Below, one piece after another: positions 43,995-52,146 of a stretch of 62,920 nucleotides of DNA. Within the stretch, counting starts at the first letter, position 1. Every line of letters starts with the position of its first letter. Below the pieces are notes generated by a model. The model did no database searches, was not told where the DNA came from, and saw nothing but the letters and a program-made list of their open reading frames with translations. The DNA is from Verrucomicrobiota bacterium (GTDB lineage: Bacteria > Verrucomicrobiota > Kiritimatiellia > CAIQIC01 > JAGNIJ01): contig JAKJGV010000003.1 of the NCBI GenBank assembly GCA_022704185.1, positions 1 to 62,920 of the forward strand, written 5' to 3'. Position numbers and translations under genes: made by a program.

Positions 43995-45251
43995 ATGCCG
44001 AGAAACGATACAGTGCCCCCAGTCAACATTCTCGTGGTGAACGCGGGAAGTTCTTCGCTCAAGTTCATGATGTTCTGCATGACGAAGGAGCAGATGCTCG
44101 CCAAGGGCATCGTCGAGCGCATCGGGCTCAAGGAGCCGAACCTCGTGTACCAGCGGTTCGACGGCCAGGAGCTGCGCGAGCAGGTCGACGTGCACAACCA
44201 CGACGACGCGCTCAAGGTGGTGTGCGAGAAGCTGGTGGACAGGAAATACGGCGTGCTGGACCGCCTCACCGAAGTCGAGGCCATCGGCCACCGCGTCGTG
44301 CACGGCGGCGAGAAGTTTCACGATTCCACGCTCATCACCGACGAAGTGAAGCAGAGCATCAGCGATTGCGCATCGCTCGCGCCGCTGCACAACCCGCCGA
44401 ACCTCGGGGGCATCGAGGCCTGCGAGCGCGTCTTTCCCGGCGTGCCGAACATCGCGGTCTTCGACACGGCGTTCCACCACTCCATGCCGCCCGCCTCCTA
44501 CCTGTACGCGATCCCGTACGAATACTACGAGAAGTACGGCGTCCGGAAATACGGCTTCCACGGCACCTCGCACAAGTTCGTCGCGCAGGCGACGGCCAAG
44601 TTCCTCGGCAAGCCGCTGAGCGACCTGAAACTCATCACCTGCCACCTCGGCAACGGCGCGAGCATCGCCGCGGTGGAGCGCGGGAAGAGCATAGACACGA
44701 GCATGGGCATGACCCCTCTGAACGGGCTCGTGATGGGCACGCGCTGCGGCGACATCGACCCCGCGGTGGTCCTCTACCTCGTGCGGCAGGGCATGAAGGC
44801 GGACGACATAGACAAGCTGCTGAACAAGAAGAGCGGACTGCTCGGCGTCGCCGGCATCGGCAGCAGCGACATGCGCGACATCATCACGGCCGCTGAACAC
44901 GGCAACGACCAGGCCAAGCGCGCCCTCTGGATGTTCGTGCACCGCCTGGTGTCCTACATCGGCTCGTACCACACGATCCTGGGCGGAGCCAACGCCGTCG
45001 TGTTCACCGGCGGCATCGGCGAGAACAGCGCGTACATCCGCGCCCGCGTCATCGCGAAGCTCGCGTGCATCGGCTGTTACCTCGACGACGCGGTGAACCA
45101 CGAGGTCGTGGCGCGCCCCGCGATCGTGAGCACGAAGGAGAGCACGCTGCTGGCCGTCGTGATGCCCACGAACGAGGAGCTGATGATCGCGCGGGAAACG
45201 CTGCGCGTCCTCAAGGGGAGCCCGAAGGCGACCGACACGATTTATGAATGA
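43995..45251 (+). CDS. ackA: Acetate kinase
   Basis: ATG 43995: ...ILVVNAGSSSLKF, GHRVVHGG, HNPPN, FDTAFH, GFHGTSH, TCHLGNGASI, FTGGIGENS. Confidence 0.96.
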   Translation: MPRNDTVPPVNILVVNAGSSSLKFMMFCMTKEQMLAKGIVERIGLKEPNLVYQRFDGQELREQVDVHNHDDALKVVCEKLVDRKYGVLDRLTEVEAIGHRVVHGGEKFHDSTLITDEVKQSISDCASLAPLHNPPNLGGIEACERVFPGVPNIAVFDTAFHHSMPPASYLYAIPYEYYEKYGVRKYGFHGTSHKFVAQATAKFLGKPLSDLKLITCHLGNGASIAAVERGKSIDTSMGMTPLNGLVMGTRCGDIDPAVVLYLVRQGMKADDIDKLLNKKSGLLGVAGIGSSDMRDIITAAEHGNDQAKRALWMFVHRLVSYIGSYHTILGGANAVVFTGGIGENSAYIRARVIAKLACIGCYLDDAVNHEVVARPAIVSTKESTLLAVVMPTNEELMIARETLRVLKGSPKATDTIYE

Positions 45252-45288
45252 CCGCGATCCGGCCCCGGCCGGAGGAAGGAAAACCGTC

Positions 45289-46296
45289 ATGGGACTTCTC
45301 GAAACCATTCTACCGAAGGCACAAGCCGCCCATCGCACCCTCGTTCTCGCGGAGGGTCAGGACCCCCGCGTCATGGACGCGGCCGCAAAGATCGCGAAGA
45401 AAGGCATCGCGCGGGTGATCGTCCTGGCCACGCCCGAGGAACGGGCCAAGAGCGCGGCAAATGTCTCGCTCGCGGGGCTGAACGTAAACGTGCTGAATCA
45501 TCTCGTCGCGCCGGAGAAGGACCGGCTCATGCTCCGTCTGCTGGAGCTGCGAAAGGCGAAGGGCATGACGCCGGAACGGGCGCGTGAAGTCATTCGCGAC
45601 CGACTCTATTTCGGCGACATGATGGTGCGCGAGGGGCTGGCCGACGGCCTCGTCGCGGGCAGCATCGCGTCCACTTCCGACATGGTCCGCACCGCGTTCC
45701 AGTGCATCGGCACCGCGCCGAACATACGGTACGGCAGCAGCTGCTTCGTCATGGAGCTCGCCCGCCCCACCGAGGCCGGCGAAGGCGTGCTGCTGTACGC
45801 GGACTCGGGCGTCAACCCGAACCCCAACGCGGAGCAGCTGGTGGACATCACGATCGCCACGATCAAGACCCACCAGGCGCTGGTCGGCGGCCAGGCGCGC
45901 GTCGCCATGCTGTCGTTCTCCACCCAGGGAAGCGCCAAACACGAGCTCGCGGACAAGATGATCGAGGCGACGAAACTCACGCAGGCGCGGGTCGAGGAGC
46001 TCGGGCTCGATGCCGTCGTGGACGGAGAGCTGCAGGCGGACGCCGCGCTCGTGCCCGGCGTGGCGTCGAAAAAATGCCCCGGCTGCGCGATCCAGGGCAA
46101 CGCGAACATCCTGATCTTCCCCGACCTCAACGCGGGCAATATCAGTTACAAGCTGACCGAGCGCCTCGCCGGCGCCACCGCCTACGGACCGATCATGCAG
46201 GGCCTCGCGAAGCCGGTGAACGACCTGTCGCGCGGGTGCAGCGCGGACGACATCGTCGGCGTCGCCGCCATCACCGTCTGCCAGACGCTGGTGTAG
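45289..46296 (+). CDS. pta: Phosphate acetyltransferase (short, PTA_PTB-only form)
   Basis: ATG 45289 after a GGAGGAAGG SD. LVLAEGQDPRVMDAA..., FPDLNAGNISYKL, GPIMQGLAKPVNDLSRGCS. Confidence 0.95.
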   Translation: MGLLETILPKAQAAHRTLVLAEGQDPRVMDAAAKIAKKGIARVIVLATPEERAKSAANVSLAGLNVNVLNHLVAPEKDRLMLRLLELRKAKGMTPERAREVIRDRLYFGDMMVREGLADGLVAGSIASTSDMVRTAFQCIGTAPNIRYGSSCFVMELARPTEAGEGVLLYADSGVNPNPNAEQLVDITIATIKTHQALVGGQARVAMLSFSTQGSAKHELADKMIEATKLTQARVEELGLDAVVDGELQADAALVPGVASKKCPGCAIQGNANILIFPDLNAGNISYKLTERLAGATAYGPIMQGLAKPVNDLSRGCSADDIVGVAAITVCQTLV

Positions 46297-46305
46297 CGGG
46301 CCGCA

Positions 46306-46386
46306 TTTTCCAAGGACTGGAAACTTTTCGGGCGATTCTTCCAGGCATTGGAAAATTCTCCGCCTGTTTTTCCAGGCATTGGAAAA
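46306..46386. repeat. Three copies of a TTCCA-N5-TGGAA palindrome spaced exactly 31 bp apart
   Basis: TTCCAAGGACTGGAA (46308-46322), TTCCAGGCATTGGAA (46339-46353), TTCCAGGCATTGGAA (46370-46384), flanked by T/A runs. The spacers are not conserved. Confidence 0.7.
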
Positions 46387-46421
46387 ATCCGCCTTGACCC
46401 CCGATGCGCGCGTATTACTAT

Positions 46422-46448
46422 TTGCATATTCGTAATACGTGGCGCGAC
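46422..46448. promoter_or_regulatory. Candidate NikR operator (GTATTAC-N13-GTAATAC) upstream of the nickel-uptake operon
   Basis: Perfect 7-bp inverted repeat with a 13-bp AT-rich spacer in a GC-rich context, 39 nt upstream of the OM-barrel/nikMQO operon start. nikR is encoded at 53909-54325. Confidence 0.65.
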
Positions 46449-46486
46449 ACCGGCGACAGGGATCGGACAAGGAAAGGGAGATCGGC

Positions 46487-47281
46487 ATGCGATTGCGGGA
46501 ATGGGCGTTTGCGGGAATGCTGTGCGCGGCGGGGATGGCGTGGGCGGGACGTCCGCTGGCGGTGGACGATGCGGACCCCGTGGATCCGGGGGTGTTTGAA
46601 TTCGAGGCCGGGGTCGGCTATGTGCGGGACGCCGATTGTCATCACTGGGATTTCCCCGTCGGGCTGACGTATGGCCTGGTTCCAAGCGTCGAAGCCGGGA
46701 TTGGATTCGGTGGGCAGTTTGAAGAACGGCTGGAAAGAATCGACGAAGAAGGCCGCACGAAGGATGTCAACGAAAGCGGGGCCGGCGACCTGGTCCTGGG
46801 CGCAAAGTGGCAATTCCTTGGCGAGTCCCCCTGTTGTCCGCGGCAGGCGCTGGTCGGCGCCGTGAAATTTCCCACGGCGGATGAGGATAAAGGTTTGGGA
46901 AGCGGCAAAACAGACTACGACCTGACCTGGGTGGCCTCGAAATCGCTCTCCGACAAGTTTGCCGCGCACGCCAACGCCGGCTACTCGTGGATCGGGCAAC
47001 CCGACGGCGAGGATGTGGACGATGTCCTCCACTACGGGCTGGCCCTCGACTACCAGCTCACAGAGCTGCTTCAGTGTGTCGGTGAAGTGTTCGCCGAAAG
47101 GGAACTCGGTAAGGGCGCCGACACCGTGGTCCTGTACAGTATCGGGCTCCGCTGGTGCCCATGCGCCGCACTGACGCTCGACGTGGCCGGCGGGTCGCGG
47201 CTGCGCGGCGATGCCGAAGATTTCGCAACCACGGCGGGCCTGACCTGGACGTTCGGCCCGGCCGGAACCCAAACCCCCTGA
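46487..47281 (+). CDS. Outer-membrane beta-barrel protein (MetA/phenol-degradation-like transporter family), first gene of the nickel-uptake operon
   Basis: Signal peptide MRLREWAFAGMLCAAGMAWA. Alternating beta-strand pattern, GDLVLGAKWQF...FPTAD...GSGKTDYDL..., C-terminal GLTWTF. ATG 46487 after a GGGAG SD. Confidence 0.7.
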   Translation: MRLREWAFAGMLCAAGMAWAGRPLAVDDADPVDPGVFEFEAGVGYVRDADCHHWDFPVGLTYGLVPSVEAGIGFGGQFEERLERIDEEGRTKDVNESGAGDLVLGAKWQFLGESPCCPRQALVGAVKFPTADEDKGLGSGKTDYDLTWVASKSLSDKFAAHANAGYSWIGQPDGEDVDDVLHYGLALDYQLTELLQCVGEVFAERELGKGADTVVLYSIGLRWCPCAALTLDVAGGSRLRGDAEDFATTAGLTWTFGPAGTQTP

Positions 47282-47295
47282 CCGGAGAATGATCC

Positions 47296-48312
47296 ATGCA
47301 TATGGCTGATGCTCTGATTTCGCCCGCGGTGGGCGGGACGATGTGGGCCGCGAGCGCGGGTCTGCTCGCGTGGTGCGCCCGCAAAATCCGGCAGACGCTG
47401 GACGACCGGCTGGTTCCCCTGATGGGCGTCCTCGGCGCGTTCATCTTCGCCGCGCAGATGATCAACTTCACGATCCCGGCGACCGGTTCAAGCGGTCACT
47501 TGGGCGGCGGCTTGATCCTGGCAGTGCTGCTGGGGCCGTACGCGTCCTTCGTGGTCATCGCGTCCGTGCTCACGGTCCAGGCGCTGTTCTTCGCGGATGG
47601 AGGGTTGCTGGCCCTGGGCTGCAATATATTCAACCTCGGGTTCTTCCCCGCATTCGTCGCGCTGCCCCTCATCTATCGCCCCATCGTGCGCGACGCGCGC
47701 GGCGGTGTGCGGCTGTGGCTCGGCTCCATGCTCGCAGCGATCGTCGGCCTGCAATTGGGCGCGTTCGGAGTGGTGATCGAAACAACCCTGTCGGGCATTT
47801 CGGAACTTCCTTTCGACAAGTTCGTCATGCTGATGCAGCCGATTCATCTCGCGATCGGCATCGTGGAAGGCTTGGCTACGGCCGCCGTAGTGGCTTTTGT
47901 CGCGCGCACCCGCCCGGAAGCGCTTGTGATGCCTTCCGCCCCCGTGGATTTCTCCGTAAACCTTCGGCCCGTGCAAACGGGACTCCTGATCGCCGCTGTT
48001 ATTGTCGGCGGAGCGCTCAGTTGGTTTGCGTCGTCACACCCGGACGGTCTGGAGTGGTCCATGGGCAAAGTCAGCGGCCGCGAAGAACTTGAATCGCGCG
48101 AGGCGGGCATTCATGAAGATATGGCGCGAGTTCAAGAGAAGACGGCATTCCTTCCGGATTACGGCTTCAAGACCGGCGAACCGGAAGAAACTCAGGCATG
48201 GCCAGCTGTGAATGCAGGGACGACCATTTCAGGCCTCGTGGGCGGCGCGATGGTTGTCGCGCTCGCCGGACTTGCCGGGTACCTCTTGAGATTGCGCCGT
48301 AAAACGGCCTGA
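47296..48312 (+). CDS. nikM: ECF-type Ni/Co transporter substrate-capture component (CbiM/NikM family) fused to a C-terminal PDGLE domain
   Basis: N-terminal MHMADALISP (Met-His metal-ligand N-terminus), about 6 TM CbiM core, then SWFASSHPDGLEWSMGK (PDGLE motif) and a final TM. 338 aa, longer than a plain CbiM. Confidence 0.85.
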   Translation: MHMADALISPAVGGTMWAASAGLLAWCARKIRQTLDDRLVPLMGVLGAFIFAAQMINFTIPATGSSGHLGGGLILAVLLGPYASFVVIASVLTVQALFFADGGLLALGCNIFNLGFFPAFVALPLIYRPIVRDARGGVRLWLGSMLAAIVGLQLGAFGVVIETTLSGISELPFDKFVMLMQPIHLAIGIVEGLATAAVVAFVARTRPEALVMPSAPVDFSVNLRPVQTGLLIAAVIVGGALSWFASSHPDGLEWSMGKVSGREELESREAGIHEDMARVQEKTAFLPDYGFKTGEPEETQAWPAVNAGTTISGLVGGAMVVALAGLAGYLLRLRRKTA

Positions 48313-48330
48313 GCCTGGAAGGAAGGATTT

Positions 48331-49137
48331 GTGTACGTTTCTCGCAGTCTCGAAGCATTGCGAATGGACGAATTCGGCGCAATGGACTCGCCCGCGCATC
48401 GTCTGGATGCGAGGGCGAAGGCCGTCGCCACCATCGCATTCATCGTGGCGGTCATGTCGTTCCCCCCTTATGAACTGTCCGGCCTCGCGCCCTTCGTCAT
48501 TTATCCGGTCGTCTTGCTCGCGCTGAGCGGCATTCCGCCGGCCTTCATCCTGCGAAAGGTCCTGATCGCCGCGCCCTTCGCGATCTGCATCGGCCTCTTC
48601 AACCCGCTATTCGATCGCCACCCCGTCGTTCTGCCGGGCGGCCTGGTTGTCGCAGGCGGATGGATCTCCTTCGCATCCATCCTGTTTCGCTTCGCCCTGA
48701 CGGTCAGCGCGGCCCTGGTCTGGGTCGCAAGCAGCGGCATGCACCGTCTTTGCGCGGGTCTCGAACGCATCGGTGCGCCCCGCGCGTTTGTCGTGCAGTT
48801 GCTGTTCCTTCACCGCTACCTGTTCGTGGTCGCCGACGAAGGCTTGCGGATGAGGCGCGCCATGGACCTGCGCTCCGCGGGAGCGCGCGGACCGTCCCTC
48901 CGGGTGTATGGCTCGATAACGGGCCATCTGCTGCTGCGCGCGCTCGATCGCGCCCATCGAGTCTACGCGGCGATGCGCGCGCGCGGGTTCGACGGCCGGG
49001 TTCGCGCGCTGCGGGAAACGGAATCGCGCATCGGCGATGCGGCCTTCGTTGTTTGCTGGATCGCCTTCTTCGCGATTGCCCGCAAATGGAATCTCGCCGA
49101 GGCCCTCGGCGCCTGGATCACCGGGGGCGCGCGATGA
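48331..49137 (+). CDS. nikQ: ECF transporter transmembrane (T) component CbiQ/NikQ
   Basis: GTG 48331 after a GGAAGGAAGGA SD. LDARAKAVATIAFIV..., ERIGAPRAFVVQLLFLHRYLFVV..., ARGF motif. Confidence 0.88.
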   Translation: MYVSRSLEALRMDEFGAMDSPAHRLDARAKAVATIAFIVAVMSFPPYELSGLAPFVIYPVVLLALSGIPPAFILRKVLIAAPFAICIGLFNPLFDRHPVVLPGGLVVAGGWISFASILFRFALTVSAALVWVASSGMHRLCAGLERIGAPRAFVVQLLFLHRYLFVVADEGLRMRRAMDLRSAGARGPSLRVYGSITGHLLLRALDRAHRVYAAMRARGFDGRVRALRETESRIGDAAFVVCWIAFFAIARKWNLAEALGAWITGGAR

Positions 49138-49877
49138 GCCACCACATCGTCGAAGCACGCGACCTGGCCCATGTGTATCCGGACGGACACGAAGCCATTC
49201 GCGGCATCACCTTCCGGATCGCGCACGGAGAATCGGTCGGCGTCATCGGCCCCAACGGCGCGGGCAAATCCACGCTGCTCCTGCACCTGAACGGCTGCCT
49301 GTTGCCGTCCCGCGGCGAGGTGCGCGTCGGCGAGTTCCCTGTAACGCGCGAAACTTCGCCGCAAGTCCGGCGGGCCGTTGGCATGGTGTTCCAGGATCCG
49401 GACGATCAATTGTTCATGCCGACCGTGCTCGACGATGTGGCCTTCGGCCCGCTCAACTACGGGCTCGCGCCCGGGGAGGCCCGGCAACGCGCGGTGGCCG
49501 CGCTCGAACGCGTCGGCATGGCGAACCTGCAAGAGCAGACGCCCTACCGCCTGTCTGCGGGGGAAAAGCGCGCCGTCGCCATCGCCACGATCCTCGCGAT
49601 GACGCCGGATATCGTGGTCATGGATGAGCCGTCCTCGAATCTCGATCCGCGCGGGCGGCGCCGGCTGATCGAACTGCTGAAGTCGTTCGAACACACACGA
49701 ATCATCGCCACGCACGACCTGGAACTGGTCCTTGAGGTCTGTTCCCGCGTCATCCTGCTGGATGCGGGATCGGTGGTGACCGAAGGGCCTGCGGCGGACG
49801 TCATGAACGACGAATCGTTGATGCTCAAGCACGGGCTCGAACGTCCGCACAGCCTCCGGCACAAGCACCCGCACTGA
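49134..49877 (+). CDS. nikO: ECF transporter ATPase CbiO/NikO
   Basis: ATG 49134 overlaps the nikQ stop (ATGA). Walker A GPNGAGKST, Q-loop, LSAGEKRAVAIA signature, Walker B VVMDEPSSNLD. Confidence 0.93.
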   Translation: MSHHIVEARDLAHVYPDGHEAIRGITFRIAHGESVGVIGPNGAGKSTLLLHLNGCLLPSRGEVRVGEFPVTRETSPQVRRAVGMVFQDPDDQLFMPTVLDDVAFGPLNYGLAPGEARQRAVAALERVGMANLQEQTPYRLSAGEKRAVAIATILAMTPDIVVMDEPSSNLDPRGRRRLIELLKSFEHTRIIATHDLELVLEVCSRVILLDAGSVVTEGPAADVMNDESLMLKHGLERPHSLRHKHPH

Positions 49878-49909
49878 GGGAAAAACCCGGAGGATGGTTC
49901 TGCCACCGC

Positions 49910-50317
49910 TTAGCAGCGGCGGCGGGAAGTCTTTTTACTCCCGCACGACTTCTTCGGCCATGCTGCGTATTCTTTCCTGCCGAGTTCCCCCGCGGCGAGC
50001 GCGAGGGTTTGCAGGACAACATCCTCCTCGGAAACATCCAACTCAACACCGTTGGCGCCCAAGAAGATATATGCAGCCATGAAGCCGGCCCGCTTGTTGC
50101 CATCAATGAACGGGTGATTTTTTACTATGCCAATCGCGTACTCAGCGGCCAAATCAAACAACGTCGGTTGTCCATAGGTGTAAACGTGCCGCGGCCGATG
50201 CAACGCGGAATCCAGCAACCCTTCATCTCGAATACCAGCCAAGCCGCCAAAACGTCCAAGCAGCTCTTCCTGTGTTGCGAGAATGACCTCGCGAGTGACC
50301 CAGATCGGTTCCTTCAT
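49910..50317 (-). CDS. doc: Doc (death-on-curing) Fic-fold toxin
   Basis: Fic/Doc motif HPFIDGNKRAG. 135 aa. Its start overlaps the antitoxin stop (ATGA). Confidence 0.9.
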   Translation of the reverse strand: MKEPIWVTREVILATQEELLGRFGGLAGIRDEGLLDSALHRPRHVYTYGQPTLFDLAAEYAIGIVKNHPFIDGNKRAGFMAAYIFLGANGVELDVSEEDVVLQTLALAAGELGRKEYAAWPKKSCGSKKTSRRRC

Positions 50318-50544
50318 TTGGCCAACTCTCGCAGGGCGTTTCGATAGCGCTGCATCCCGCGTTCGGCAATCTTCATCATCTTGTCGAACTCGTCTCGTTC
50401 TGGCGTAATGCGAACCGCGCTCTTCGGTGCTTCGGTCAGGTACAGCGTCGCACCCTCTTTCACCTTCATCACGCGCAGCGCTTCCTTCGGGAGGACGATG
50501 CCGAGCGAGTTGCCGATTTTGCGAACTTTGGTCTTCATAGTCAT
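50314..50544 (-). CDS. AbrB/MazE/SpoVT-family antitoxin
   Basis: MKTKVRKIGNSLGIVLPKEAL swapped-hairpin motif. 74-76 aa (start at ATG 50544 or 50538). Confidence 0.88.
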   Translation of the reverse strand: MTMKTKVRKIGNSLGIVLPKEALRVMKVKEGATLYLTEAPKSAVRITPERDEFDKMMKIAERGMQRYRNALRELAK

Positions 50545-50566
50545 GTTATAACAATAGTTATAACAT
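50543..50566. promoter_or_regulatory. Candidate autoregulatory operator of the AbrB-Doc TA operon
   Basis: Perfect palindrome ATGTTATAAC-AATA-GTTATAACAT abutting/overlapping the antitoxin start codon. Confidence 0.55.
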
Positions 50567-50575
50567 GGCCGCCGG

Positions 50576-51379
50576 TCAAGCGCGGCGCAGCAGGGAGGCG
50601 GAGAAGAATGCGGCGTTGACCAGGACGATCGTCGCGCCGGCAGGCAGGTTGAGCCACAGGGCGACGAAGAGGCCGAGGACCACGGACAGTGCGGACAGCG
50701 CGGCGGAGGCCAGCAGCGCGGTCCTGAAACTCCGGCACAACTGCAGCGCGGTCACGGCGGGAAAGATCAACAGGCTCGACACGAGCAGCATGCCGACGAC
50801 GCGGATGCCCAGCACGACCATCAGCGCGGTCAGCACGGCGAGCAGACGGTTGACCCGCTCGGGGCGGATGCCGGCCACCCGCGCGCTCGTGTCGTCGAAC
50901 GTCACCGCGAACAGCTCGTGATATGCCAGCAGGATCGCGGCGAACACGCCGGCCGCGAGGCCGACGGCCAGGCCCGCCTCCGCGCGGCTGACCGCGAGGA
51001 TGTCGCCGAACAGGAAGCTGAACAGGTCCACGCTGAAGCCTCCGCCGAGGCTGGAAAGCAGCACCCCGATGGCCACTCCGACGGCCGAAACCATTCCGAT
51101 GGCCGCGTCGCCGTACATCGCCGCGCGCGAAGGCAGGTGCAGGATCACCAGCGAAGCCAGCGCCACGAGCGGGAGCGAGACCCACAGCGGCGCCCATCCC
51201 AGCCAGAGCGCAAGCCCGACCGTGGCAAAAGCGAAATGCGCAAGGCCGTCGCCCATCATCGAGTGCCGCCGGAGCACGAGGAAGACGCCCAGCAAGCCGC
51301 AGCCCACGGCGATGAAAACTCCCGCGAGCAGCGCCCGCTGGACAAATGCGAACCGGAGGAATTCCATCACTTCGCGCAT
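50576..51379 (-). CDS. znuB: Metal (zinc) ABC transporter permease ZnuB family
   Basis: FVQRALLAGVFIAVGCGLLGVFLVLRRHSMMGDGLAHFAF, the typical ABC-3 family pattern. 8-9 TM. Confidence 0.92.
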   Translation of the reverse strand: MREVMEFLRFAFVQRALLAGVFIAVGCGLLGVFLVLRRHSMMGDGLAHFAFATVGLALWLGWAPLWVSLPLVALASLVILHLPSRAAMYGDAAIGMVSAVGVAIGVLLSSLGGGFSVDLFSFLFGDILAVSRAEAGLAVGLAAGVFAAILLAYHELFAVTFDDTSARVAGIRPERVNRLLAVLTALMVVLGIRVVGMLLVSSLLIFPAVTALQLCRSFRTALLASAALSALSVVLGLFVALWLNLPAGATIVLVNAAFFSASLLRRA

Positions 51380-52146
51380 GACCGGCCCTCCCCGTCATGC
51401 TGGTGACAGATCGTATGCTGCGCGAAAGGCCCGAACTGCTTCGCCATTTCCGGCGATCGGCAGAAATCATGGAAGGTTCCGGAAAACAGCACTGTGCGGT
51501 CGAGATACAGAAGGTGCGAGGCATAGCGCCCCGCCGTCGCGCTGTCGTGGGTCACCAGCACGATCGTCGAGCCCCCCTGCCGGTGCATTTCCGCGAGGAG
51601 GTTGTAGAAGCTCTCGCGGCTGTCCGGATCGAGCGCGAGTGTCGGTTCGTCGAGGATCAGCAGGTCCGGACGGTTGACCAGCGCGCGCGCCAGAAGCACG
51701 CGCTGCCGCTGTCCTCCCGAAAGCTCGCCGATCCGCCGGTTTGCGAGGTCCGCCACCCCGAGGCGGCCCAATGCGTTCACCACGGCGGAAGCGTCCGAGC
51801 GATTCAGCAGCCTGGGAAAACGCTTGCCCGCGAGACGGCCCAGCCCCACCATTTCCGACACCGTCGCGGGGAACTTCGGAAACGCGGGCGATGCGAACTG
51901 CGGGAGGTATCCGATCCGCTGCCACGCATCGAATCGCCGCGGCGCGACACCGAACAGGCTCACCGTGCCCGACTGGGGCTGAAGCAGCCCGAGCGCGGTC
52001 TTCACCAGCGTGGTCTTGCCGGAACCGTTGGGGCCGACGACGGCCCAGAACTCGCCCGGCCCGGCCCTCCAGGAGATCCGGTCGAGGACCCGGCCCGCTC
52101 CATAGGCCACGCTCAGTTCCACGGATTCAATCGCGTTCATTCGCAT
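51367..52146 (-). CDS. znuC: Metal (zinc) ABC transporter ATP-binding protein ZnuC family
   Basis: Walker A GPNGSGKTT, LSGGQRQRVLLARAL, Walker B LILDEPT. Confidence 0.93.
   Translation of the reverse strand: MRMNAIESVELSVAYGAGRVLDRISWRAGPGEFWAVVGPNGSGKTTLVKTALGLLQPQSGTVSLFGVAPRRFDAWQRIGYLPQFASPAFPKFPATVSEMVGLGRLAGKRFPRLLNRSDASAVVNALGRLGVADLANRRIGELSGGQRQRVLLARALVNRPDLLILDEPTLALDPDSRESFYNLLAEMHRQGGSTIVLVTHDSATAGRYASHLLYLDRTVLFSGTFHDFCRSPEMAKQFGPFAQHTICHQHDGEGRSCAK

Noticed and set aside
46306-46386. Regularly spaced repeats, considered as a mini-CRISPR array.
   Set aside because: There are only three copies of a 15-19-bp palindrome with 12-16-bp spacers, far below CRISPR repeat and spacer sizes, and no cas genes or leader. 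It is treated as a binding-site or REP array instead.
46297-46486. Possible cobalamin riboswitch upstream of the CbiM-family transporter.
   Set aside because: I could not find a B12-box-like conserved core or the multi-stem architecture in the 190-nt region. It is instead occupied by the phased palindromes and a NikR-type inverted repeat.
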